Positions 10,546 to 23,094 of a DNA stretch of 64,000 nt are shown here, in pieces; within the stretch, counting starts at the first letter, position 1; each line of letters begins with the position of its first letter. The translations under genes were made by a program, and so were the position numbers. Source of the DNA: Thermoanaerobaculia bacterium (lineage in GTDB: Bacteria > Acidobacteriota > Thermoanaerobaculia > Multivoradales > Multivoraceae). Below the pieces are notes generated by a model, which saw only the letters and a program-made list of their open reading frames with translations, was not told the DNA's origin and ran no database searches. The stretch lies in NCBI GenBank assembly GCA_963664405.1, contig OY761158.1:4128001-4192000 (forward strand). The letters run 5' to 3'.

Positions 10546-10879
10546 CGTCGGCAGTGTCGTCATCGTGCATCTCGCGAACCCTCCAGAGCAGTATTGGGGG
10601 TTGCTGGAGGCTCTTTCACCTGCCGGGATCGGCTTCCGAGGGCTCAATGTCGCCAGTTTCGAGGACTTCCTGGCGCAGGCGGTGCTGGCGGAGGAGCAAA
10701 GCCTGGGCTTTGCGACCATGTTCGTGCCCATGTTCAGGGTGGAGAGAATCTTCCTCGACCAGCAGGTAGGAGTGGTCAAGAGCTACCGCCAGCGCTTCGA
10801 GGAGCGGGTGGGGCACCCACTCGAGCTCTATATCGGTGGTGAGGAATCTCTCAGCAACGACGAAACGATGCCCTCGTGA
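10538..10879 (+). CDS. Hypothetical protein
   Basis: ATG overlapping the end of mce; protein-like composition (FVPMFRVERIFLD). Confidence 0.7.
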   Translation: MIDVGSVVIVHLANPPEQYWGLLEALSPAGIGFRGLNVASFEDFLAQAVLAEEQSLGFATMFVPMFRVERIFLDQQVGVVKSYRQRFEERVGHPLELYIGGEESLSNDETMPS

Positions 10880-10900
10880 GGCTGCGATCGTCGACTCGGC

Positions 10901-11671
10901 TCAGAAGAGCACGTTGGAAAAGAAGTAGGCTGGCGCCTCTATGCTCCCCTCAGCAAGTCCGATTGCATCTTGCGGACTCACTACGAATTGGCCGGCCCTC
11001 GATCGTTGGGCGCTGTGTAGGACGAGCTCCATCGCCTCCAGCTCGGGGAAACTCTCAACCGCTTCGACGAAAGCGCCCGCGCACATTCTCAGGGTCTCGA
11101 ACACCTCGCCACGATTCTGGACAGAGAACTCGACCAGTATGCGGTCTGACTGGCTACCCTGCAGAACCCTCGAAGTGGCCAGCCCTTGCTGCCTTAGCAG
11201 AGACACGATCGCTCGAGCGTCAGCTTCCGGCTCGAAAGGTAGCCTGGGCAGCGACGACAGGTCCAGATTTCCCGCGGGAGAAAAGCGCAGAGAGGCGTCG
11301 GTCTTGGTAGTCTTGGGTTGCCGCTTTGGTGCTCCGTTTTTGGCCCGCTCGATGAGGAGGTCGCGCAGTGTTGCGGTGCTACTTTGCAGGGCTTCGAACG
11401 GACGACTGTCGCCCCCCTCTAGCACGATCGCGGCGCCGATCTCGATTAGGTTCGTCTCCTCCGTTTTCTGGACGTCAATGTCTTCGAGCCTGTAGTAGGT
11501 ATCGGTACCACTGAGTAATGTCACGTAGGCTTGCCCGTCTTCGACGCGGTACTTCTCTCTCGTGACTATGGTTGAGCCATCCTTGAATACGATCGTATAA
11601 GCGCTTGCAGAGAAGCTGCCAAGCAAGAGCAGCACTCCACAAAAGGCAAACGTTCGGATGAGTGCTGACAT
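10901..11671 (-). CDS. Exported hypothetical protein
   Basis: Signal peptide (SASA-Y), AGGAG RBS upstream. Confidence 0.7.
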   Translation of the reverse strand: MSALIRTFAFCGVLLLLGSFSASAYTIVFKDGSTIVTREKYRVEDGQAYVTLLSGTDTYYRLEDIDVQKTEETNLIEIGAAIVLEGGDSRPFEALQSSTATLRDLLIERAKNGAPKRQPKTTKTDASLRFSPAGNLDLSSLPRLPFEPEADARAIVSLLRQQGLATSRVLQGSQSDRILVEFSVQNRGEVFETLRMCAGAFVEAVESFPELEAMELVLHSAQRSRAGQFVVSPQDAIGLAEGSIEAPAYFFSNVLF

Positions 11672-11745
11672 GTTGACTCCTCGTAAACAATTGCGAATAT
11701 GGCACTGCTAGTATATCGCGGGCGCTTCGAACGGAGAACTGAAGG

Positions 11746-12858
11746 ATGATCTCAAGCCACGCCAAGGGGTTGCTGGTTCTCGAGGACGGGACCGTGTTGG
11801 AGGGGGTTGCGGCTTCCGCCGGTACACGCTTCGGAGAGGTCGTTTTCAATACCTCGATGACCGGCTATCAGGAGATCCTGACCGATCCGTCCTACCGCGG
11901 CCAGATTGTGGTCATGACGCTACCCCACATCGGCAATTACGGCACAGCAGCCGGAGTCGAAGAGTCGCGCCAGCCATGGGTGGAAGGGTTTGTTGCCCAT
12001 CAGTTCACGGCGCGTCACTCTGGCAGTGGGCAAGGCGGCTTGCTTGCATATCTGCAGGAACATGGAATCCCGGCGTTGCATGAGGTCGATACCAGGGCGC
12101 TGGTGAGGCGGTTGAGAGAGAGGGGCTCGCTGCGGGGAGTGTTGACCGACGAGCGCTCCGACGTGTCAGGTCTCCTGCGCGAGCTCGAAGAGTTTCCGAT
12201 CATGGAGGGCCGAGCCCTCGTCGACGAAGTAACTTGTTCCGAGCGCTACAGTCTTGCTCCTACCGGAGAGCCGATCTGTCGATTAGCGGTCTATGACTAT
12301 GGTGTCAAGGCAAATATCTTGCGCTCCCTTTTGGACCTCGGGGTGGCTCTTGAAGTGTTGCCGGCGCGCACCGGAGCGTCGGACTGTCTGAAGCTCGGCG
12401 TCGACGGTGTCGTGCTCTCCAATGGACCGGGAGACCCTGAGCCGCTGCGCGAGATCATCGGCAACGTGCGAGAGCTGGTCGAGTCAGGCCTTCCGGTGCT
12501 CGGGATCTGCCTCGGTCACCAGCTCCTTGGACTGGCCCTGGGCGGCCGCACCCACAAGCTCAAGTTCGGCCATCACGGCGGCAATCAGCCGGTCAAGAAT
12601 CTCGACTCGGGCGCAGTGTTGATTACCAGTCAGAATCACGGCTTCGCCGTCGATGGAGACTCCCTACCCGCCGGATGCAGGGTTACCGAGATCAATCTGA
12701 ACGACCAAACGGTTGAGGCGATCACGGTCGAGGGTCAGCCGATCTTTTCGGCGCAGTACCACCCGGAAGCGGCTCCCGGGCCGCACGATGCTTCGCCGCT
12801 CTTCCGGAGCTTCCTGGACGCTGTTTCTCCAGGCCTCGCGGTCGGCGGCGATCGTTGA
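11746..12858 (+). CDS. carA: Carbamoyl-phosphate synthase small subunit
   Basis: GEVVFNTSMTGYQE, LSNGPGDP, GICLGHQ, SQNHGF, QYHPE. Confidence 0.97.
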   Translation: MISSHAKGLLVLEDGTVLEGVAASAGTRFGEVVFNTSMTGYQEILTDPSYRGQIVVMTLPHIGNYGTAAGVEESRQPWVEGFVAHQFTARHSGSGQGGLLAYLQEHGIPALHEVDTRALVRRLRERGSLRGVLTDERSDVSGLLRELEEFPIMEGRALVDEVTCSERYSLAPTGEPICRLAVYDYGVKANILRSLLDLGVALEVLPARTGASDCLKLGVDGVVLSNGPGDPEPLREIIGNVRELVESGLPVLGICLGHQLLGLALGGRTHKLKFGHHGGNQPVKNLDSGAVLITSQNHGFAVDGDSLPAGCRVTEINLNDQTVEAITVEGQPIFSAQYHPEAAPGPHDASPLFRSFLDAVSPGLAVGGDR

Positions 12859-14051
12859 ACCCTTCGCTCGTCGGGTCTCTCGCCTGGCGCTACGTGCGCG
12901 GCAGACGGAGCTTTCAGCTGCGCGGAGTCGCCCGCGCTGCGCTGGTCTCGAGCTCGCTGGGGGTGGCGACGATGGTGGTTGCCATGGCGCTCATGTCGGG
13001 TTACTCGGAGGACCTTCAAGACAAGCTGATCGGAGGAAGCGCGGCGATCGTCGCGTATCCGATCTCCGGGGACCTGGAGAGAGTGGCGTTAGGGATGACA
13101 GAGCTTGCTTCCCTGCCGGGGGTCGTGTCGGTCGCCGAGGTGGCCTATGGTCAGGGCTCTGTCTCGCGCGTGGAGCAACCCAAGGGTTACGAGGTCACCC
13201 TGCGTGGTGTTGATCTCGAGGCTGTAACTCCGGGTCGTCTCGATACGCGGGCGTTGATCGGCGGGGGCGACGTCCCTGGCGCGTTGCTTGGCGCTGAGTT
13301 GGTGCGTCGGCTCGGAGTGGAGAAGGGCGAGGTGTTGCGGCTAGTCTCCGTCGATCTCGAGGATCTGCGCTTCCGTTACCGGCGCATTCGTTACGTGGAA
13401 AGCTTCGAGACAGGCTTTGCAGAAGCGGACTCAGGCTGGGTTGTGCTCGAGCGCGTGGTGGTCGAAGAGTTGGGCGGAAAGTCGAGCTTGCTCGAGATCA
13501 GTCTGGAGGATCCGAGCGATACGGAAGCCACCGCGGCGCAGGTGAGGACCCTCCTCGGTGACGACTTTCTGGTCACCGACTGGCGTCAGTACAATCGCGA
13601 GCTGTTCACGGCCCTGCGGCTGCAGAAACTGGCTCTCTTCCTGGTCCTTGGCCTCATCGTAGTGGTGGCGACTTTCAACGTCGCGTCGACTCTTGTGGTG
13701 TTGACCCGAGAGCGGAGGCGGGAGATCGGTGTATTGACGGCGATGGGTCTCGACAGAGGGCGCCTCCAGGCGGTTTTCGTGAGCTGCGGTGTCCTGATTG
13801 GTGGTGTCGGTAGTCTGATCGGGGTCTCGCTGGGCTGGTCGGTGGCTTGGCTACTTACGACCTTCGAGCTGGTCCGCTTCGATCCGGGGGTGGCTGCGAT
13901 CTACTTCATCAATTCGGTTCCATTTCGCGTCCATACCGATGATGTATTGGCGATTCTCGGCTTCTCGCTAGCCACGACTCTGGTGGCTTGCTGGCTGCCG
14001 GCTCGCCGCGCTTCCCGGCTCGACCCGACTGAGGCGCTCCGCTACGACTAG
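12855..14051 (+). CDS. LolC/E-family (FtsX-like) ABC permease
   Basis: N-terminal TM, periplasmic domain, FNVASTL..ERRREIGVLTAMG, PARRASRLDP.EALRY. Confidence 0.88.
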   Translation: MNPSLVGSLAWRYVRGRRSFQLRGVARAALVSSSLGVATMVVAMALMSGYSEDLQDKLIGGSAAIVAYPISGDLERVALGMTELASLPGVVSVAEVAYGQGSVSRVEQPKGYEVTLRGVDLEAVTPGRLDTRALIGGGDVPGALLGAELVRRLGVEKGEVLRLVSVDLEDLRFRYRRIRYVESFETGFAEADSGWVVLERVVVEELGGKSSLLEISLEDPSDTEATAAQVRTLLGDDFLVTDWRQYNRELFTALRLQKLALFLVLGLIVVVATFNVASTLVVLTRERRREIGVLTAMGLDRGRLQAVFVSCGVLIGGVGSLIGVSLGWSVAWLLTTFELVRFDPGVAAIYFINSVPFRVHTDDVLAILGFSLATTLVACWLPARRASRLDPTEALRYD

Positions 14052-14188
14052 CCGGGCTAGGCTCCAGAAATGATGGCTATCATTTCCTCCGCCTAGTTGT
14101 CTTTTGGCGCCGAGGACGGCGCACTTGGGCGTTGCTTCCTATTCGCTCACGGAAACGGCTCAGGACGAATACTCGGACACGCTCCTAG
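14048..14188. repeat. Cluster of CTAG-bounded palindromes and element remnants
   Basis: CTAGGC..GAAATGAT-GGCT-ATCATTTC..GCCTAG hairpin (14057-14096), partial family I-like GGAAGCAACGC on the minus strand, and a second CTCGGACACGCTCCTAG end. Confidence 0.55.
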
Positions 14189-14275
14189 CCCCGGGAAACG
14201 GGCCTACGGCCCGTTCTCCGGCCCATCCCCCCCTAAGAACTACTCGCCTGTCCGAATTCTCGGACACGCTCCTAG
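14185..14275 (-). repeat. Family II two-hairpin element (91 bp)
   Basis: Reverse complement matches 57309-57399 at 89/91 positions; CTAG at both ends. Confidence 0.9.
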
Positions 14276-14334
14276 CTCGTCGGCTGCTGAGCACGGCTCC
14301 GGACTGGCTCGTTTCGGGTAGGCCTTCGTCACCA

Positions 14335-14372
14335 CAAAAGGAACGAGGGAGCCGGTTTCCCGACTCCCTCGT
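14335..14372 (-). terminator. Rho-independent terminator
   Basis: Minus strand ACGAGGGAGTCGG-GAAA-CCGGCTCCCTCGT followed by TCCTTTTG. Confidence 0.75.
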
Positions 14373-14526
14373 GGGGGCTCGCGCGACTTTGGAGGTCGCG
14401 GGATTAGGAGGAGATGGCAAGAGCGGGGCGGTTGACCGCCGCGCCACTGGGATCCCCAAAAGCCAACTTGCGAATGCCAATCGGGGGGACCCCGGGAGGT
14501 GAGGGCCTCATTGTCTGCCCTCATCT
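14335..14526 (-). ncRNA. Candidate ~190-nt multi-hairpin small RNA
   Basis: Four consecutive hairpins plus an intrinsic terminator, three unpaired C(C/U)CC-rich motifs, ECF-like promoter upstream. Confidence 0.55.
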
Positions 14527-14531
14527 ATACA

Positions 14532-14558
14532 TACGAACAAAGGGGGCCCATCGTTTTA
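14532..14558 (-). promoter_or_regulatory. Putative ECF-sigma promoter
   Basis: Minus strand TAAAAC-N17-CGTA immediately upstream of the first hairpin. Confidence 0.4.
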
Positions 14559-14687
14559 TTCCGTGCGGTTTTTCTCGATAAACGCCCATCTTTCTGTGGC
14601 GATCCCGGGGCTCGCCGATGCCGTGGAGGCGGGCGCGGAAGATACGACTTTTCGCCGCGCTTGGCTGACTGTAGACTCCGGGCCGTA

Positions 14688-17903
<3,216 letters not shown>

Positions 17904-17938
17904 TCCCGGCGCCGCAATCCGAGGGCTCGGGCGTCGGC

Positions 17939-18313
17939 TTACCTCTCGCGTAGGCGGTCGATTTCTCTTCGCTCCTGCTTCGTTGGCCGGCCCAGGCCCT
18001 TCTCGCGGCGCACCGGCGCTCCTCTCAGGGCCCGCTCGAGAGGGTCAGGGCGTGGTCGGGGCTCGCTCAGATCCTCGAAGACTCGAGCCGCTTCACTTTT
18101 TGGTAGCGGCCGGTCGCGCAGCTCGAGCACGATCAGGACGCGTTGCCAGTCGCCGAACTCAACCTCCAAGCGATCGTCGATCTTGAGCAGGCGGTGAGGT
18201 TTGATGCGGGCACCGTTGATGCGGACCCGGCCCAGAGTGCAGGCGCGAGTAGCCTGGGAACGGGTCTTGAAGACCCTCGCAACTTGCAACCATTTGTCGA
18301 CTCGGACCGACAT
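17939..18313 (-). CDS. hslR: S4-domain RNA-binding heat-shock protein Hsp15
   Basis: VRVDKWL..ARVFKTRSQA..AC..GRV, C-terminal GRPTKQERR. Confidence 0.88.
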   Translation of the reverse strand: MSVRVDKWLQVARVFKTRSQATRACTLGRVRINGARIKPHRLLKIDDRLEVEFGDWQRVLIVLELRDRPLPKSEAARVFEDLSEPRPRPDPLERALRGAPVRREKGLGRPTKQERREIDRLRER

Positions 18314-18321
18314 TTCGGAGG

Positions 18322-18627
18322 CTAGCCGTCTCGTAGCTTCTCGATGTCGCGATCACGGCGCGACTCGATGCGTTCACACTCGGCGCGATACTCTCGCTCC
18401 TCGAGGTCTGCTGCGCCCGGATCGACGATCTCGAAAAGCCTTTTGCGGTATAGGATCTCGAGCTCGGCGAGCTTGGCTTGGGCCTTTCGGCGCGCGTCAT
18501 CCATGCTGGCGAGTACCTCGGCCGAGTAGGCTTGGTCTCTGGGTCTGTCTATGCCTACACTTTCCATGCGCTCGAGGGCCAATTCATAGGCACTCTTGAT
18601 GGGCTTAGGGCCACTCGCATCTTTCAT
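18322..18627 (-). CDS. Hypothetical protein
   Basis: IKSAYELALERM, coiled-coil-like; co-oriented with hslR. Confidence 0.7.
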   Translation of the reverse strand: MKDASGPKPIKSAYELALERMESVGIDRPRDQAYSAEVLASMDDARRKAQAKLAELEILYRKRLFEIVDPGAADLEEREYRAECERIESRRDRDIEKLRDG

Positions 18628-18691
18628 GTCTGGAGAATAGCATCGGCCGCACCGCCGAGCGGCACACACTCGAGCGATTCGCAGGGTACTG

Positions 18692-19606
18692 ATGGGCGTT
18701 TCCGACTCTTCCGTTCTGATTTTTTTCATCGATGGCATTGGACTGGGGCCGAACCATCGAATGAACCCCTTCGTCTCCGCGAGGATGCCGGTTCTTAGGG
18801 AGATCTTGGGTGGCCCCCTGGTCGCCGATCGGCCGCTCTCTCGGCCCGGACTTTGTTTTGTCGAGGCCGACGCAACGCTCGGAGTCGCCGGCTTGCCCCA
18901 GAGTGCGACGGGTCAGACCACGCTCTTCACCGGGGTCAATGCAGCGCGCCGCCTCGAGCGGCACGTTGCCGCCTTTCCCGGACCCCGCCTGAAGGCGATC
19001 CTGGAGAGCGACTGCATTCTCGGCCGGGCGCGGCGGCAGGGGTGCGAGGTTGCCTTCGCCAACACCTTCAGCCACGAGACCCTGGCGGCGCTGAAGGTCG
19101 GTAAGAGGCGCATATCCGCTACCGTATTCTTGGCGATGGCGGCGGGGGCTCGTCTGCGAACGGTGTCGGATCTGGTGTCGGGTAAGAGCGTGAGCTGGGA
19201 CCTCGAGCGTGATGTCTTCGCGACCTATGCCCGCGAAGACATACCTCCTATCGATGCCTCGGAGGCCGGAGGGCATCTGGCCGATCTCGCGGCTGCGCAC
19301 GATTTGACTCTGTTCGAGACCTTTCTCACCGACCTGAGCGGCCACAGGCGCGGCAATCTTGCACCGGAGGCGGTGCTTGCCAGGCTCGACTCCTTTCTTG
19401 GTGGCCTGATCGCTCGACTTCCTCCCACGGTCACCCTGGTGCTCTGTAGCGACCATGGAAACATTGAAGAGACGGATCATCGCCGGCACACTCGGAACCC
19501 CGTGCCGGTGGTGGCCCTCGGCCCGTCGGCGCCATGCTTCGCGGATGTTTGTTCGTTGAAGGACGTGACGCCGGCTGTACTTGCGGCTTTGGGGGTGTCA
19601 ATGTGA
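18692..19606 (+). CDS. Alkaline-phosphatase-superfamily metalloenzyme (iPGM/phosphopentomutase-like)
   Basis: FIDGIGLG, PQSATGQT, TDLSGH, SDHGNIE, HTRNPVP. Confidence 0.8.
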   Translation: MGVSDSSVLIFFIDGIGLGPNHRMNPFVSARMPVLREILGGPLVADRPLSRPGLCFVEADATLGVAGLPQSATGQTTLFTGVNAARRLERHVAAFPGPRLKAILESDCILGRARRQGCEVAFANTFSHETLAALKVGKRRISATVFLAMAAGARLRTVSDLVSGKSVSWDLERDVFATYAREDIPPIDASEAGGHLADLAAAHDLTLFETFLTDLSGHRRGNLAPEAVLARLDSFLGGLIARLPPTVTLVLCSDHGNIEETDHRRHTRNPVPVVALGPSAPCFADVCSLKDVTPAVLAALGVSM

Positions 19607-19745
19607 AGTGGCAGCGGGGCAGATTCGCGCCGATCGGTGTCGGTCGGCGAGCGCAGACCTGGGTTGGGACCGCGCCGCGGCTGGTCCGGATGTTGCTCGC
19701 CTGCGAGGGCAATCCGGCCGGTGTACGGCGGTATCGGAGAAGTGG

Positions 19746-20741
19746 ATGATCGAGGTACGTAACCTGACCCGCGACTACGGCGACTTCACCGCCGTCGACG
19801 ACATCAGCTTCTCGGTCGAAGCCGGCGAGATTCTCGGCATGCTCGGGCCCAATGGTGCCGGCAAGACAACCACGATTCGCATGATTACCGGTTTTCTTCC
19901 TCCCACTCGCGGATCGGTCACCGTGGCCGGTCACGACTTGCTTCGCGATCCGGTCAGGGCCCGCCGCCAGATCGGTTACGTGCCTGAGAATATTGCCCTC
20001 TACCCGGAGATGAGAGTGGAGGAATATCTCTCATATCGCGCACGACTCGAAGGAATGTCGCGAGGCGAGGCGCACTCTGGCATCCACCAGTCGATGGAGC
20101 GCTGCCTTCTCGAAGACGTCAGCCACCAGATCATAGGCACGCTGTCCAAGGGGTACCGCCAGAGAGTCGGGCTCGCCATCGCGATCCTTCACGACCCTGA
20201 GGTCTTGATCCTGGACGAGCCCACGGTGGGCCTCGATCCCAAGCAGATCATCGCCATCCGCGATCTCATCCGGGAGCTGGGATCGCAGCACACCCTTCTG
20301 CTCTCAACCCACATTCTGCCCGAGGTGGAGCTGCTCTGCGACCGAGTGCAGATCATCGACCGCGGGCGTATCGTCGCCCAGGGGACTGCGGAGGGGCTGC
20401 GCCGCGAGTGGTTGGGCCAGCGTCAGCTGCGGGTGTGTTTCAAGGAAGCTCACGCGGACGCGGCGACGGCCTTGGCGGCGCTCGCCGGGGTCGAGAAAGT
20501 GACCCCGGATTCTCCCTCGGGGGCCGAGTTCGGGGTCGAGTGCGAAGGTGCGTCCGACCCGAGGGAATCGATCTTTCGCCTCGCGGTGGAGCGCGGCTGG
20601 GTTCTTCTGGAGCTCGTCGAGGTGAAAGCGTCGCTGGAGGATATCTTCGTCCGTCTCACGACTCGTGAGGACGAGGAAGGGAGCGGGGAGGATTCCGCGG
20701 CGGAGCGAGACCCGACGGCGGCTGCGGAGATCGATCGATGA
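19746..20741 (+). CDS. ABC transporter ATP-binding protein (GldA-like)
   Basis: GPNGAGKTT, LSKGYRQR, LDEPT, STH. Confidence 0.92.
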   Translation: MIEVRNLTRDYGDFTAVDDISFSVEAGEILGMLGPNGAGKTTTIRMITGFLPPTRGSVTVAGHDLLRDPVRARRQIGYVPENIALYPEMRVEEYLSYRARLEGMSRGEAHSGIHQSMERCLLEDVSHQIIGTLSKGYRQRVGLAIAILHDPEVLILDEPTVGLDPKQIIAIRDLIRELGSQHTLLLSTHILPEVELLCDRVQIIDRGRIVAQGTAEGLRREWLGQRQLRVCFKEAHADAATALAALAGVEKVTPDSPSGAEFGVECEGASDPRESIFRLAVERGWVLLELVEVKASLEDIFVRLTTREDEEGSGEDSAAERDPTAAAEIDR

Positions 20742-21478
20742 ACGGAATCTACGCGATTTTCACACGCGAGCTGAGAGCCTACTTCTTCTCGCCTCTCGCC
20801 TATGCTGTTCTCACCTGCTTTCTTTTCATCAATGGTGTGTCGTTCGCCACTCTGATCGGGTATCTCAATGACGTCCCTTCGGCGGTGGGAGCGCCGATGG
20901 AGTACTTCTTCGGCGGTACGATTCTGTTCTGGCTCGCTCTAGCCTTTGTTGGCCCGATCTTGCCGATGCGATTGCTCAGTGAGGAGCGGCGCAGCGGCAG
21001 CCTCGAGATTCTCATGACAGCACCCGTGACAGAGACTCAGGTGGTGCTTGGTAAGTACCTGGCCTCGCTTGCCTTCTACCTCTCTCTCTGGCTGCCCACT
21101 CTTGTTTACAGCGCGATTGTCGCCCGTTACAGCGAGCTGGACTGGGGGCCCGTGGCTTCGGCTTATCTCGGCATCTTCGGTATCGGTTCGCTCTTTTTGG
21201 CGGTAGGGATATTCGCGTCCGCGGTGAGTCGGAACCAGGTTGTCGCCGCCCTGATCGGTTTCGCTCTCGTTTTCGGGCTCTTTGTCGTTGGGCTCCTGGA
21301 ACTGATGGTGAATGACGAAGGGCTGCGAGAGGCCATTGGATACCTCAACCTGATTCAGCACATGGAAGACTTCGCCAAGGGCATCGTCGACACACGCCGC
21401 CTCGTTTATTACATATCGGGCGTGGGCTTCTTCCTCTTCCTCTCCAGCCGGGCCTTGGCGGTCAACAAATGGAGGTAA
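20738..21478 (+). CDS. ABC-2 permease (GldF-like)
   Basis: RELRAYFFSPLAY, MRLLSEERRSGSLEILMTAPV, multiple TM. Confidence 0.9.
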   Translation: MNGIYAIFTRELRAYFFSPLAYAVLTCFLFINGVSFATLIGYLNDVPSAVGAPMEYFFGGTILFWLALAFVGPILPMRLLSEERRSGSLEILMTAPVTETQVVLGKYLASLAFYLSLWLPTLVYSAIVARYSELDWGPVASAYLGIFGIGSLFLAVGIFASAVSRNQVVAALIGFALVFGLFVVGLLELMVNDEGLREAIGYLNLIQHMEDFAKGIVDTRRLVYYISGVGFFLFLSSRALAVNKWR

Positions 21479-21485
21479 GAGAGGC

Positions 21486-23084
21486 ATGAGCGGAGGAGAC
21501 TCGGCTCGTGGGGGGCTTGTGGCGTCCACCTTTCTCGGTGTGGGCGTGCTGCTGGTCGCCGCCCTCGTTGGCATGGTCAATTACTTCGGCTTCAAATATC
21601 ACTCTCGTTTCGACTGGACTTCGAGTCGCTTCTACTCGCTCTCCGAGAAGAGCCTGAATGTCGTAGAGAGTCTCGATCAAGACCTTCGTGTCGTGGTCTT
21701 CATGACCCCGGGGTCTCAGCTCTACGCTCCTGTCACGGAGATCTTGGCTCGCTACGAAGCAGCTTCGCCGCGGGTGTCGCTTCGCATTGTCGATCCCGAG
21801 AGGAACATCGCCGAGGCCAGGCAACTCCTCGACGAGTTCCAGGTGACCAGCCTCAATTCCATCGTGCTCGAGTCCGAGGGTGATCGACGGGTGATCGAAG
21901 AGGCGGACCTCGCCGAGTACGACTATTCGGGGATGCAGTACGGCCAGGGGGCGCAGATCCGGGAGTTTCTCGGAGAGCAGATGATTACGGGTGCCATCCT
22001 GGAGCTGGTAGAGGACCGCAAGCCCAGGATCTTGTTCACCGCCGGTCATGGAGAGACGACGGTGGACGACGTCTCACCTCGCGGCCTCAGCCAGGCTCGC
22101 GAGCTCCTGGGCCGCGACAACTTTGCTATGGAAGATTGGGCCTCTTTGGGCGAGGACTCGGTCCCCGAGGGCACAGACCTCCTGGTGATCGCCGGACCCA
22201 CGGTCGCCTTCCTCGCTCCCGAGCTCGAGGCGCTGTGCCACTACCTCCTCCATGAGGGGCGGGCCCTGTTGATGCTCGACCCGACGCTCACCGACGAGGG
22301 AGTAGCGGCGACCGGGTTCGAGGAGTGGCTGCTTAGTTTTGGAGTAGAGCTCGATAGCGTCCTGGTCGTCGATCCGGTCAACCCGCTGCCGTTCTACAGT
22401 GCCGAGACTTTCTTCGCCAATGACTACCCCGGCCACCCGATCACTGAGGCTCTGGAAGATGCCACCTACCCGGTCATCTTCTCGCTAGCCCGCTCGGTCC
22501 GCCGATCGGAGGGGTCCACGGACGAGGGCATTGACACTCGTGAGATCGTGCGCACCTCGGCCGACGCCTGGGGCGAGGTCGATTTAAGTGACCTCGGAGC
22601 CGTCGAGCGGGGCGTGCAGGACCTGTCTGGCCCGCTCGCAATCGGTGTGGCGGTCGAGATCGACCTGCCCGACCCCGAACCTGAGGGCACGGTGGTGCTG
22701 ATCGAGGACGACGACGGAGACGGCGGTGCTCTGAGCAAGGGGGAGAGCGATGACACAGTCGGTGACGGGGAGTCAGCTGAGGTCTCGATGGATGGTGAGA
22801 GTGCGGAGAGCTCGAAATCGGGGAGGCTGGTTGTCTTCGGCGACTCCGACTTCGCCAGCAATGCTCAGCTGTCGAGTGCCGGAAATCCAACCCTCCTTCT
22901 GAACACCATCAACTGGTTGGTCGAGAGGGAGAACCTGCTGGCTATCCCGCCGCGCAAGGCCGAGCAGATCCAGCTCGGCTTGAGCCGGTCCGAGCTGAGC
23001 TCTATCTACCTCCTGGTGCTCTTGGTTCTGCCGCTTGCCAGCCTGGCTGCGGGGATCGGCGTGTACCTGCGGAGACGGCGGTAG
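21486..23084 (+). CDS. GldG-family ABC auxiliary protein
   Basis: RFDWT...YSLSE, FTAGHGE, GRLVVFGDSDF, C-terminal TM ending RRRR. Confidence 0.88.
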   Translation: MSGGDSARGGLVASTFLGVGVLLVAALVGMVNYFGFKYHSRFDWTSSRFYSLSEKSLNVVESLDQDLRVVVFMTPGSQLYAPVTEILARYEAASPRVSLRIVDPERNIAEARQLLDEFQVTSLNSIVLESEGDRRVIEEADLAEYDYSGMQYGQGAQIREFLGEQMITGAILELVEDRKPRILFTAGHGETTVDDVSPRGLSQARELLGRDNFAMEDWASLGEDSVPEGTDLLVIAGPTVAFLAPELEALCHYLLHEGRALLMLDPTLTDEGVAATGFEEWLLSFGVELDSVLVVDPVNPLPFYSAETFFANDYPGHPITEALEDATYPVIFSLARSVRRSEGSTDEGIDTREIVRTSADAWGEVDLSDLGAVERGVQDLSGPLAIGVAVEIDLPDPEPEGTVVLIEDDDGDGGALSKGESDDTVGDGESAEVSMDGESAESSKSGRLVVFGDSDFASNAQLSSAGNPTLLLNTINWLVERENLLAIPPRKAEQIQLGLSRSELSSIYLLVLLVLPLASLAAGIGVYLRRRR

Positions 23085-23094
23085 TGTCCAGCCA

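Noticed and set aside
11700-11716. sigma54 promoter at TGGCAC upstream of carA
   Set aside because: No TTGC at the -12 position.
14160-14280. Direct repeats as a mini CRISPR array
   Set aside because: Only two 17-bp repeats, the 'spacer' is itself a dispersed repeat, and there are no cas genes.
14097-14524. Short ORFs across the lolE-carB spacer, and similar ORFs at 3292-3501 and 57116-57493
   Set aside because: Their shared peptide (GPFSGPSPP.NYSP) only reflects translation of the family II repeat.
14499-14687. N-terminal extension of CarB in the ORF track
   Set aside because: Homology begins at MPRRED (14688); the upstream part overlaps the candidate sRNA promoter.
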